IMG/VR virus record: IMGVR_UViG_3300033995_001164
Location: 186,001 to 250,000 of that record
Reading direction: 5' to 3' (one strand)
DNA length: 64,000 nucleotides
Of the stretch, positions 47,875-55,086 are shown piece after piece. The position numbers were made by a program, and so were the translations under genes. How positions within the stretch are numbered: position 1 is the first letter of the stretch; every line of letters begins with the position of its first letter. Under the pieces are notes generated by a model. The model did no database searches. It was not told the DNA's origin and worked only from the letters and a program-made list of their open reading frames with translations.

Positions 47875-47944
47875 AGGTCTCGGGGGGAATCGAACCCACT
47901 CTATTAGTTTTGCAGACTAACCGGTCGCCACGACCAACAAGACC
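47875..47944 (-). tRNA. tRNA-Cys (GCA)
   Basis: TTAGT-CTGCAAA-ACTAA; U73; short D-arm. Confidence 0.9.
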
Positions 47945-48017
47945 ATTTAACCTACGACCTAAAGAACAGGAATTGTATCCATATCATTCTATGAGCACTG
48001 TAGGTTTTCTATTTTAA

Positions 48018-48089
48018 AAAACACCCGGACTGACCTTTTCTCCCTTGTCTGTACGTGTTATCCGGCCGTGACTACGTAGCGGGTGTTTT
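48018..48089 (-). ncRNA. Candidate small structured RNA, 72 nt
   Basis: AAAACACCC/GGGTGTTTT closing helix and CCGGA/TCCGG. Confidence 0.35.
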
Positions 48090-48254
48090 AATAAATCACA
48101 CATCCATCAAGATTGGGATAATTAGAAGGGCTATTTATTTTCAAACTATTTCATTCCTCCCTAAAACTAACTTACTCAACAAACATAACACTTCTTGTAG
48201 TGTTACATTTTCTAACTTTAACGCTGTTTGTCTTTCTATGTGTAAATTTAATTT

Positions 48255-48641
48255 TTATGTGTCAATTCCAAAAAACTCCTTACCGGTTGATTCTTGTAAT
48301 CCATACATATATTCTTCCGCTTCTTCTTCAGAATCAAAATACGTGCTATGTGATGTCTTATCAGATAAATTAACGGTTATTTGAGATTTTTGTCGAATTT
48401 CTTTAGTTTCTTCATTGATAAGATACCATTTGTATTCACTTAAATATTCCGTAGTTCTTCGGTTTATTCCGGAATTATAATTACTCCACCCTTCAGGTGT
48501 TTCTTCTGTCATACCATACTTAATCCCTAAAAATGTTTTAGGTTTTGATGGTACTTTATCAAACCACTTATAACCTGTTTCTTTTTCCGGTTGGAAACTC
48601 ATTGACGCCACTCTATCTACTTGGAAATAATATCTACCCAT
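48255..48641 (-). CDS. Hypothetical protein
   Basis: 128-aa ORF. Confidence 0.55.
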   Translation of the reverse strand: MGRYYFQVDRVASMSFQPEKETGYKWFDKVPSKPKTFLGIKYGMTEETPEGWSNYNSGINRRTTEYLSEYKWYLINEETKEIRQKSQITVNLSDKTSHSTYFDSEEEAEEYMYGLQESTGKEFFGIDT

Positions 48642-48801
48642 ATTTGTTTATTTAATATCTTCTCTAAAATATGACATCTCAACATTGTATAATTCACAAA
48701 TTCTTTCTGTGGACATTTTGGAGAATAAACTTCCCAAACAATGGATAAAATATCCATCAATAAACCACTTTAATCTTTGTTTTGCTTCGTATTCTGTCAT
48801 C

Positions 48802-49044
48802 TTAATATCCTATTTCATCTTTAATCTTCCATTGTTCATCAATGGGGATTCTTTCAACCCTTTCAACCGGAACAAATCCGTCCAATCTTTTTTCTTTAAC
48901 ATCCTCAAAATGTTCAATGGTGTCCAAATAAAACCCGAACTGATATCGAATGTATTGGAACTTTTCACCATCCCAATATGCCATGTGGTTGTTTCTACAG
49001 AAACCATTATACCACCCTTCAACCATATCTTTTTTTAATATCAT
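48802..49044 (-). CDS. Hypothetical protein
   Basis: 80-aa ORF after host-type promoter (TACCTTTG near 49096-49103). Confidence 0.55.
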   Translation of the reverse strand: MILKKDMVEGWYNGFCRNNHMAYWDGEKFQYIRYQFGFYLDTIEHFEDVKEKRLDGFVPVERVERIPIDEQWKIKDEIGY

Positions 49045-49142
49045 AATTTCTATTTTTAATCCTCTTACACCAAGAGTTAATCTTTAATTTTTTTACAAAG
49101 GTAGGAATAAATTTTTAACCAACCAAATTAAAAATTAGAAAA

Positions 49143-49305
49143 TTATATAGGAAGTTTTACTTTACTTAAAATATTATTTGAAACGTGAGTATAAACTTTC
49201 TAAGAAAGGTTTAACATGCGATAAATAATTATTTCCAGTTTTAGGGGAGTAGTTCAGATATATAAACTTTTCTTCACAAATCTTTATAATTTTTTGGTTT
49301 TTCAT
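49143..49305 (-). pseudogene. Internally deleted tyrosine recombinase (integron-integrase-like)
   Basis: N-terminal MKNQKIIKICEEKFIYLNYSPKTGNNYLSHVKPFLESL (SAM-like YS..T...Y motif) is joined out of frame to C-terminal YTHVSNNILSKVKLPI (catalytic-Tyr motif). Confidence 0.75.
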
Positions 49306-49340
49306 AATATAACTTACTAATAATTAATGTTTTACACAAT

Positions 49341-49369
49341 ATTACATATATAACATAGTTATGTGTAAT
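49341..49369 (+). other. attI-like site
   Basis: GTTATGT core at 49358, just upstream of the integrase start; its flank is complementary to the R'' of the first attC. Confidence 0.55.
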
Positions 49370-49385
49370 AAAATAAAAATTATGA

Positions 49386-49598
49386 TTATCCTATATCACA
49401 TTTGGTTATTAATCCTTTATCAATCTCCAAGTTTATTCTATCAAATCGTAAATCCATTGTGATTACATAATTATTAGAATCTTCTCTTGTTATTCTAACT
49501 TTATAATCATTTTCTTTACATAATTCTGTTCCTGATTCTTTATTCATTCCGATTAAAGATTCTAATAATTCATTACTTCCGTTTCTATTTCGTCCCAT
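49386..49598 (-). CDS. Cassette 1 gene: peptidase-inhibitor I78/potato-inhibitor-like protein
   Basis: VITMDLRFDRINLEIDKGLITKCDIG matches the TMDyr.dR...D...I....G pattern. Confidence 0.6.
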   Translation of the reverse strand: MGRNRNGSNELLESLIGMNKESGTELCKENDYKVRITREDSNNYVITMDLRFDRINLEIDKGLITKCDIG

Positions 49599-49632
49599 AA
49601 TTTTAAATTTGTATAATTTTTATTTTACATAC

Positions 49633-49686
49633 ACATAACAAATGATAAACAACATTAAAACGATTGTTTATCATCGGACGTTATAA
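49633..49686 (+). mobile_element. attC site 1 (54 nt)
   Basis: ACATAAC-AA-ATGATAAAC-loop-GTTTATCAT-CGGAC-GTTATAA. Confidence 0.8.
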
Positions 49687-49701
49687 AACATTAAAACGAT
49701 T

Positions 49702-49831
49702 TTATAACAAAGTATAAAAGAAATGCTCCAAAAGTTCGACATTGGAAATCCTCTGTTACGGAGTTGAACCGCATCTACCTTGCAAGATAGTTGTTACACA
49801 ACCGCACTTCTTTTATACTCAATCGTTATGT
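49702..49831 (+). mobile_element. attC site 2 (130 nt), closing an ORF-less cassette
   Basis: TTATAAC-AA-AGTATAAAAGAA...TTCTTTTATACT-CAATC-GTTATGT. Confidence 0.8.
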
Positions 49832-49846
49832 TTAATTTTAAGAAAT

Positions 49847-50116
49847 TTATTTGTTTTTTAATTTGTCTTGAAGTATTTTGTTTACATCAAATTTAGTCCA
49901 AGAAGTTTGTTCTTCAAGTGGTTTTCGTTCTGTTGGTGGCGTTGGTACATCATCAATAACCATATAGTGACTAAATGTTAAATGAGACAAACTTCTTCCC
50001 ATTTGTCCTTTCAATTTACTTGGAAACATATGACCATTTGTTCTATTTACCCACCAACAAAATAATTCTTCATTTGGTAAATCTTGTTCTGAATTTATCT
50101 CTATCCATTCTTTCAT
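49847..50116 (-). CDS. Cassette 3 gene: DUF551-like hypothetical protein
   Basis: Likely start MKEWIEINSEQDLP; ends with SHYM...PTPP pattern. Confidence 0.5.
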   Translation of the reverse strand: MKEWIEINSEQDLPNEELFCWWVNRTNGHMFPSKLKGQMGRSLSHLTFSHYMVIDDVPTPPTERKPLEEQTSWTKFDVNKILQDKLKNK

Positions 50117-50155
50117 ATAATATATTTTTAAGTTGTATAAATTTTTTAAAACTAA

Positions 50156-50209
50156 ACATAACAAAGTGTAAAAAACATTAAAACAATTTTTTACACCCAA
50201 CCGTTATGT
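50156..50209 (+). mobile_element. attC site 3 (54 nt)
   Basis: ACATAAC-AAA-GTGTAAAAA-loop-TTTTTACAC-CCAACC-GTTATGT; loop nearly identical to attC1. Confidence 0.8.
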
Positions 50210-50226
50210 GTAATAAAAAACTAAAA

Positions 50227-50451
50227 TTAAACTACCTCAACTTTATACAGTGTTCTATTATCGAAGTTTTCTTTTGAAAACCCCTTTATTACATCATTAT
50301 TTTTGTGTGAAATTGTTTCAATGTCATCTATGTTGTTTTTGATGTCATTCAGTGTTTTACTCAATCTACTCCAGTAAATTTGTTCACACAAAAATAAACC
50401 AGTCCATTGTAGGTTTTTCAAAATAAAATCTGTTAATTTAGTTCGTTTCAT
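50227..50451 (-). CDS. Cassette 4 gene: hypothetical protein
   Basis: 74-aa ORF between attC3 and attC4. Confidence 0.55.
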   Translation of the reverse strand: MKRTKLTDFILKNLQWTGLFLCEQIYWSRLSKTLNDIKNNIDDIETISHKNNDVIKGFSKENFDNRTLYKVEVV

Positions 50452-50489
50452 ATATTTAAAAGTTTAATTTTTTTACGTTTTTTACATAC

Positions 50490-50512
50490 ACATAACAAGG
50501 TGTATATGTAAT
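50490..50512 (+). mobile_element. Truncated attC site 4 (left arm only)
   Basis: ACATAAC-AAGGTGTATA with no right arm; same upstream TTTACATACACATAACAA as attC1. Confidence 0.55.
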
Positions 50513-50517
50513 AATTT

Positions 50518-50703
50518 TTACAAAGATACGATTATATTCCTACTCCGGAGTGTTTTTCTTAAAAGAGATAATCTTTTTCTATGATTGACATATTGGTCAC
50601 CATCATTAGCTTTATGTCCTTTAAAAATTGATTCAGTTATCTCACATTCCAATTTAATAATTTCACTTATTAGCTCTTCTGTTGTTAAATCACTCTCAAT
50701 CAT
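50518..50703 (-). CDS. Hypothetical protein
   Basis: Coupled ORF. Confidence 0.5.
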   Translation of the reverse strand: MIESDLTTEELISEIIKLECEITESIFKGHKANDGDQYVNHRKRLSLLRKTLRSRNIIVSL

Positions 50704-51023
50704 ATTTTCTCAAATTCGTCTTCAAATCCGTACCATTCCTCACCTTCTTCATCTTCGTACCAATATGTGTATGCCCGGTCGTATTTATGCCAATCAATTC
50801 TAGTCAATTCAACCTCATTTCCACTATTTTTATCTCTAACCACATTACCAACTTGAAATGCTTGTGGTACGTAATCATTGATTGTTTCACTTTTAATAAT
50901 CAATTCTCCAACACTTTTAACCTCATCAGTTTGGATATTGGTATAGTTTCCTTCGGATGATAATTCCCACCCATTGTCATACAACCAATTCGTAAAATCT
51001 AAAATTTCGTTTTCTAATAACAT
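50700..51023 (-). CDS. Hypothetical protein
   Basis: ORF after a TATCTTTG promoter element near 51046-51053. Confidence 0.55.
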   Translation of the reverse strand: MLLENEILDFTNWLYDNGWELSSEGNYTNIQTDEVKSVGELIIKSETINDYVPQAFQVGNVVRDKNSGNEVELTRIDWHKYDRAYTYWYEDEEGEEWYGFEDEFEKI

Positions 51024-51063
51024 AATATATCAGTTTTTGTGGGGACAAAGATACTACGATTTT

Positions 51064-51339
51064 TTAATCTACCAAATTTTTATCTTTATTTTCCAAATAT
51101 TTTCTTGACTCACTACACATTTTTTCCAAAACCTCTAATGATTTGAGATTCTTAAAGATGATTGTTAGAATTTCCTCACTTTCACCACCTAACACATCAA
51201 CACCAACCTCATTCGGTTCTGACAATGAATCAATCGTAATGAATGGTAATTTAACACTGTTCTCAATTCCCATTCCAAATGATAATTCACCATCTCCGGC
51301 CACAATAACTCTCTCACGTTGTTTTTTTACTTCTGACAT
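51064..51339 (-). CDS. Hypothetical protein
   Basis: 91-aa ORF. Confidence 0.55.
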   Translation of the reverse strand: MSEVKKQRERVIVAGDGELSFGMGIENSVKLPFITIDSLSEPNEVGVDVLGGESEEILTIIFKNLKSLEVLEKMCSESRKYLENKDKNLVD

Positions 51340-51344
51340 AATAT

Positions 51345-52187
51345 TTAATTTTCTGTTTCTAATCTTTTAATAACGTCCTTAATATTAATATATGATGTTA
51401 AAATTGTTGGTAACCCAAGAAGAGCATTACAAAAATCAAACATATATCTATAAGTTGAGAATACACTTCCCACACTCACCTTATTGTACATTACGTAGTA
51501 TGTTAATAATGCTGTCACACTTCCATAAACAATACCTTGAATCCAAATTGAAAACTTAGCATCAATACTTGACATTTTAAGTGATAAGAACTGACCTCTC
51601 TTTAATAAATTATTAATTGAGGCAATTTTTCTTGTACCAATCACATCAGTTTGTTCTTCAGACAAATCATTATATTTACTTGTAATGTTGGCAATTTTTG
51701 GTGAATAATATGCTGTTGCCCCCAAGATTAATATTGTTGTAATAATCAAGAATCCAACAATCGGTAAACTTACCATTGCCAAGAAGTAGATGGCGCCAAC
51801 CAAACCAATAATCGTCTGTATTACCAATAACATATCTCGTTCAAAAAACAGGACAATATAGTGCATTAAGGTTAATCTTCCGTTGATTTTTGTTGTCTCA
51901 ACATCATTATCAAGTTGATTACTTGTTTCAATAGAGGCAAATCTCCTATAAATCCCGGAGAATACTTTAGTGTCATAAATTTTACTGATGTACCCGAAGA
52001 ACATAATTGATGCAAATGTAGAAACCAAATACCATATGTATGAATAATCTTTGGTAATTAAGTGGTCAATTGCATTACCCAAAACTTTGGGATACATAAC
52101 CATCAATATCGCATTAATCATGAACAATGAATATGAAAATATTATTGATTTCCAATTCTCACTAAACATTATTTTTAACTTATCCAT
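51345..52187 (-). CDS. ABC-transporter-type six-helix transmembrane domain, no ATPase
   Basis: Six hydrophobic helices; YPKVLGNAID, YDTKVFSGIY, GSVFSTYRYMFDF patterns. Confidence 0.7.
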   Translation of the reverse strand: MDKLKIMFSENWKSIIFSYSLFMINAILMVMYPKVLGNAIDHLITKDYSYIWYLVSTFASIMFFGYISKIYDTKVFSGIYRRFASIETSNQLDNDVETTKINGRLTLMHYIVLFFERDMLLVIQTIIGLVGAIYFLAMVSLPIVGFLIITTILILGATAYYSPKIANITSKYNDLSEEQTDVIGTRKIASINNLLKRGQFLSLKMSSIDAKFSIWIQGIVYGSVTALLTYYVMYNKVSVGSVFSTYRYMFDFCNALLGLPTILTSYINIKDVIKRLETEN

Positions 52188-52256
52188 ATCTTATCTTTTT
52201 TGATTTTGACAAAGATACAACTAAAATTTAATCTACCAAATAATTATGAATTTTCT

Positions 52257-52484
52257 TTAAATTGTTTTCCAAGTCTTTTTAATGGTTTTTGAAAAGTTAA
52301 CAATTTTTTGACAGTCTTCACAATTTACATTTTCATTTGTTTTTACAAATTGACCACAAGTCATAAAATCCCCATCAAGTGTTAAACCACATAAAGTGTA
52401 ATCACTTCCAACCGGTGATGTAAAATGAATTTCATTTTTGAATATATCATCACCATTACCAATGAATTTTATTTTATTTGACAT
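52257..52484 (-). CDS. Small Cys/His (zinc-finger-like) protein
   Basis: H...CG...C...CEDC spacing. Confidence 0.5.
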   Translation of the reverse strand: MSNKIKFIGNGDDIFKNEIHFTSPVGSDYTLCGLTLDGDFMTCGQFVKTNENVNCEDCQKIVNFSKTIKKTWKTI

Positions 52485-52687
52485 TATTCCTCACTTTTTT
52501 TAGGTCCCTTGAAATCACAATCAAGACAAACGTATCTCTGTTCTTCAATGCTCCAATCCATATTATAATGTTGACATTCCTTAGGTTTTAAATATTTTTG
52601 TTGTTTCTTGTATTCCGACACCACTTTAAGTGCTGTTTTATACTGACTTTCTGTTATCATAGTTAAAAGAATAAGTAGGGTCTCCAT
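52484..52687 (-). CDS. Small zinc-ribbon protein
   Basis: ECQH...YVCLDC. Confidence 0.45.
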   Translation of the reverse strand: METLLILLTMITESQYKTALKVVSEYKKQQKYLKPKECQHYNMDWSIEEQRYVCLDCDFKGPKKSEE

Positions 52688-53172
52688 TCATCAGGGATTT
52701 CGTGATGAACTTGTTTCATTAACATCAAGTAATGAGGTCTCCTTGGTTGAGGAATTTCCTTACCGTATTCCTCCAACGTCAAATTGGACTTCTCACCGTT
52801 ACACCTTCTACAAGCGGTAACTAAGTTGTCCCAACTGTCTTTCCCCCCCTTAGATTGGGGTATTACGTGGTCCAAAGTTAGCGTCTTTCTATTATTGTCT
52901 CCACAATATACACACTCAAAGTTATCTCTACGATAAACATTCTCTCTACTTAAAGGAACTTTTTGAATTATCTGATTCACATATTTGTAGACCCGAATAA
53001 TTGAAGGTTTTTTGATATCCAATTCAGGATTCACTAATTTGAATGATTCCGGATGTTCATTTATAACGTCAGCATTACCCTTATAAGAAATGACGAAAGC
53101 CCTCTCTGTGGAAATAATACTCCTCGCCATAAAACTTGAATCCAAAACCAAAGTTTTTTGGTAACTACTCAC
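52663..53172 (-). CDS. HNH endonuclease (McrA-like)
   Basis: RENVYRRDNFECVYCG...TLDHVIPQSKGGKDSWDNLVTACRRCNGEK. Confidence 0.9.
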   Translation of the reverse strand: MSSYQKTLVLDSSFMARSIISTERAFVISYKGNADVINEHPESFKLVNPELDIKKPSIIRVYKYVNQIIQKVPLSRENVYRRDNFECVYCGDNNRKTLTLDHVIPQSKGGKDSWDNLVTACRRCNGEKSNLTLEEYGKEIPQPRRPHYLMLMKQVHHEIPDEWRPYLFF

Positions 53173-53206
53173 GACTATTAATTTTTAATTAAACATTTTT
53201 TTTTTG

Positions 53207-53277
53207 TTCCCCCAAATGGTACTGGCCCATTTTCCCGATATTAAAAGTATCGTGCTTCACCTTAAAGCTTTAGGGGA
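53207..53277 (-). tRNA. tRNA-Lys (TTT), non-canonical T-loop
   Basis: CGATA-CTTTTAA-TATCG; AATGG-GCCAGTA-CCATT. Confidence 0.8.
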
Positions 53278-53360
53278 TTATTGAGCTCATTTTGTTTTGT
53301 TATTCGGCTCAAAATATAAGTAATTTGAGATTAATAATCAAACTTTATGAGCCACATTTG

Positions 53361-53433
53361 TCGGTCAGGTGGGTATCGAACCCACTACCTTTCGCGTATC
53401 AGGCGAATGCTCTACCGATTGAGCTACTGACCG
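53361..53433 (-). tRNA. tRNA-Ile (GAT)
   Basis: TTCGC-CTGATAC-GCGAA. Confidence 0.95.
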
Positions 53434-53438
53434 AATTG

Positions 53439-53510
53439 TTAGGGTGGAGAGGGTCGAACTCTCCGCTTCCTGCCTCCAATGCAGGCTTCTCACCCCGAGA
53501 ATACACCCTA
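53439..53510 (-). tRNA. tRNA-Pro (TGG)
   Basis: CCTGC-ATTGGAG-GCAGG. Confidence 0.88.
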
Positions 53511-53524
53511 ATATATTTTTTTTG

Positions 53525-53609
53525 TAGAGAATATGGGATTCGAACCCATACCCCCATTTAAGGAGGGACACATTAGCAGTGTGTTCTGATACCGTTACAG
53601 CAATTCTCT
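53525..53609 (-). tRNA. tRNA-Ser (GCT)
   Basis: ACACA-CTGCTAA-TGTGT; long variable arm. Confidence 0.9.
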
Positions 53610-54389
53610 TTTTGAATAATTAACAATAAATTCTGATTTACCTGTTTCAGTTATTTCTTCGTGTATTTCACAATGACAATTACTACAAACCAAAACACAT
53701 TTATCAACCTCTTTTTTCATTTTTTCTTCTGAATAATTTTTACCCCCTATAGTAAAATCTTTTTCATCAGGATTGATATGGTGAAATTGTAAGGCGTTCA
53801 TAGATTTACTATAACCACATCTCTGACAACAACCACCTTTATACTCAACTAATCTTTTTTTTCTATTTTTACGACATCTAACTACGTGTTCAACAGAACT
53901 TTTCCTACGTTCAATCGCGGTTTGAGTTTTGACCTCAACAATACTACTAATAATCTTTCTACCAACTCCTAATATTTCACTAACTTTTCGGATGCTACCA
54001 ATTTTGTCATATAATTCTTTTATTTTTTTTATAAAATCCTCATCTTTAAATCTTAATTCATTTTTATTTTTATTAAGATTAAAAATTTTACAAATTCTGA
54101 TTACTTTATCTTGACTAATATTAACTTGGGGAAAAATACTTTTATATGTTTCACCATTTTGTTTTAAATTAATAATTTTATCAATTACCGATTTGTCAAT
54201 TAGTTTTAAAAAATCTTCATCATTTATTGTTGTTGTTTTATAATTTTCGTGAACACCTCCCATACCATTTTTATTAATATGATATGAAATAACACCGACG
54301 CTACAACCCAATATATTTTTAATATTTGTAATACTATATCCTTCTAACCTCAATTTTAATATTGAATCTTTTAATTTTTCTGTTTCCAT
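53595..54389 (-). CDS. HNH-type homing endonuclease with multiple HTH-like segments
   Basis: GGCCQRCGY...LQFHHINPDEKDF...EVDKCVLVCSNCHCEIH; stop codon lies inside tRNA-Ser. Confidence 0.85.
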   Translation of the reverse strand: METEKLKDSILKLRLEGYSITNIKNILGCSVGVISYHINKNGMGGVHENYKTTTINDEDFLKLIDKSVIDKIINLKQNGETYKSIFPQVNISQDKVIRICKIFNLNKNKNELRFKDEDFIKKIKELYDKIGSIRKVSEILGVGRKIISSIVEVKTQTAIERRKSSVEHVVRCRKNRKKRLVEYKGGCCQRCGYSKSMNALQFHHINPDEKDFTIGGKNYSEEKMKKEVDKCVLVCSNCHCEIHEEITETGKSEFIVNYSKRELL

Positions 54390-54449
54390 TTACTTAATTT
54401 GTTTATTAATAAATATATCAAAAATATTGAAAAGTTCAAGTTTTTTTTG

Positions 54450-54522
54450 TGTCCCCAAGAGGATTCGAACCCCTATTCTATCTGTCGTAAAGATAAGTCC
54501 TTTCCAGTTGAACGATGGAGAC
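54450..54522 (-). tRNA. tRNA-Arg (ACG)
   Basis: TATCT-TTACGAC-AGATA. Confidence 0.9.
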
Positions 54523-54579
54523 AATTTGATGTCTTTCCATCAGTCATCCCTATTATTTGGTAAGGGTGGAACATCCTTG

Positions 54580-54722
54580 TGGTCAGGACAGGTCTCGAAC
54601 CTGTACGATTGAAAAGACCAATTTTACTCGGTTCTTCGGGATGGTCAACATATTTAATGTGATGTCTCACGGCCCGATTAATCAATCACCCATTACGCGT
54701 CTACCAATTCCGCCACCTGACC
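54580..54722 (-). ncRNA. tRNA-like RNA 5 (143 nt, Leu-type D-arm)
   Basis: GGTCAGG/CCTGACC-A; TGGCGGAATTGGTAGACGC; ACAGG-TTCGAGA-CCTGT; about 90-nt insert with no 7-nt anticodon loop. Confidence 0.75.
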
Positions 54723-54726
54723 AATT

Positions 54727-54825
54727 TGAGGTTGAGAATTCCTCTGTGTCATAGAGAACTTATACTCTAGTTTTTAGTACCCCTCATCTCACAACGGTTT
54801 GCGTACCGTATCGGGAATAACACAT
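54727..54825 (-). ncRNA. Pseudoknotted RNA motif, copy A
   Basis: Shares ends and an internal GTGAGAT with copy B; P1 TGTGTTA/TGACACA; 3' hairpin GAGG-AATTCTCAA-CCTC. Confidence 0.6.
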
Positions 54826-54829
54826 TTCG

Positions 54830-54967
54830 AATTAAAGGTAGGACTCGAACCTACGACCTGATTTCCTTTTCCACTTAGTTCGGTATTGGATGTGACTCCG
54901 TCCCTTATTCGTTGTTTTTCTCTTTCGAGTTAGGTATGTCTGTTCTAACCAACTGAACTACTTTAAT
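54830..54967 (-). ncRNA. tRNA-like RNA 6 (138 nt)
   Basis: ATTAAAG/CTTTAAT; TAGTTCAGTTGGTTAGAACA D-arm; AGGTC-GTAGG-TTCGAGT-CCTAC; about 80-nt purine-rich insert replaces the anticodon arm. Confidence 0.75.
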
Positions 54968-54969
54968 TT

Positions 54970-55072
54970 TGAGGTTGAGAACTCCTCGTGTTGTGCAAAT
55001 ATAGACATAAATCCTTTAAAATTTATAATCTCACCCGACTATTCCATTCCCCTCCCACCGGGAACAACACAT
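54970..55072 (-). ncRNA. Pseudoknotted RNA motif, copy B
   Basis: P1 GTGTTGT/ACAACAC; GTGAGAT; GAGG-AGTTCTCAA-CCTC. Confidence 0.6.
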
Positions 55073-55086
55073 TTACCATTACTGAT

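Noticed and set aside
49633-50209. Repeated AACATTAAAACGATT hairpins as CRISPR repeats or terminators
   Set aside because: The stems vary, and the R''/R' boxes with asymmetric spacers fit attC sites much better.
46689-54967. Long tRNA-like RNAs as group I intron-containing tRNAs
   Set aside because: Inserts are too short, with no P7/R/S core or clear BHB motif. A non-canonical intron is not fully excluded.
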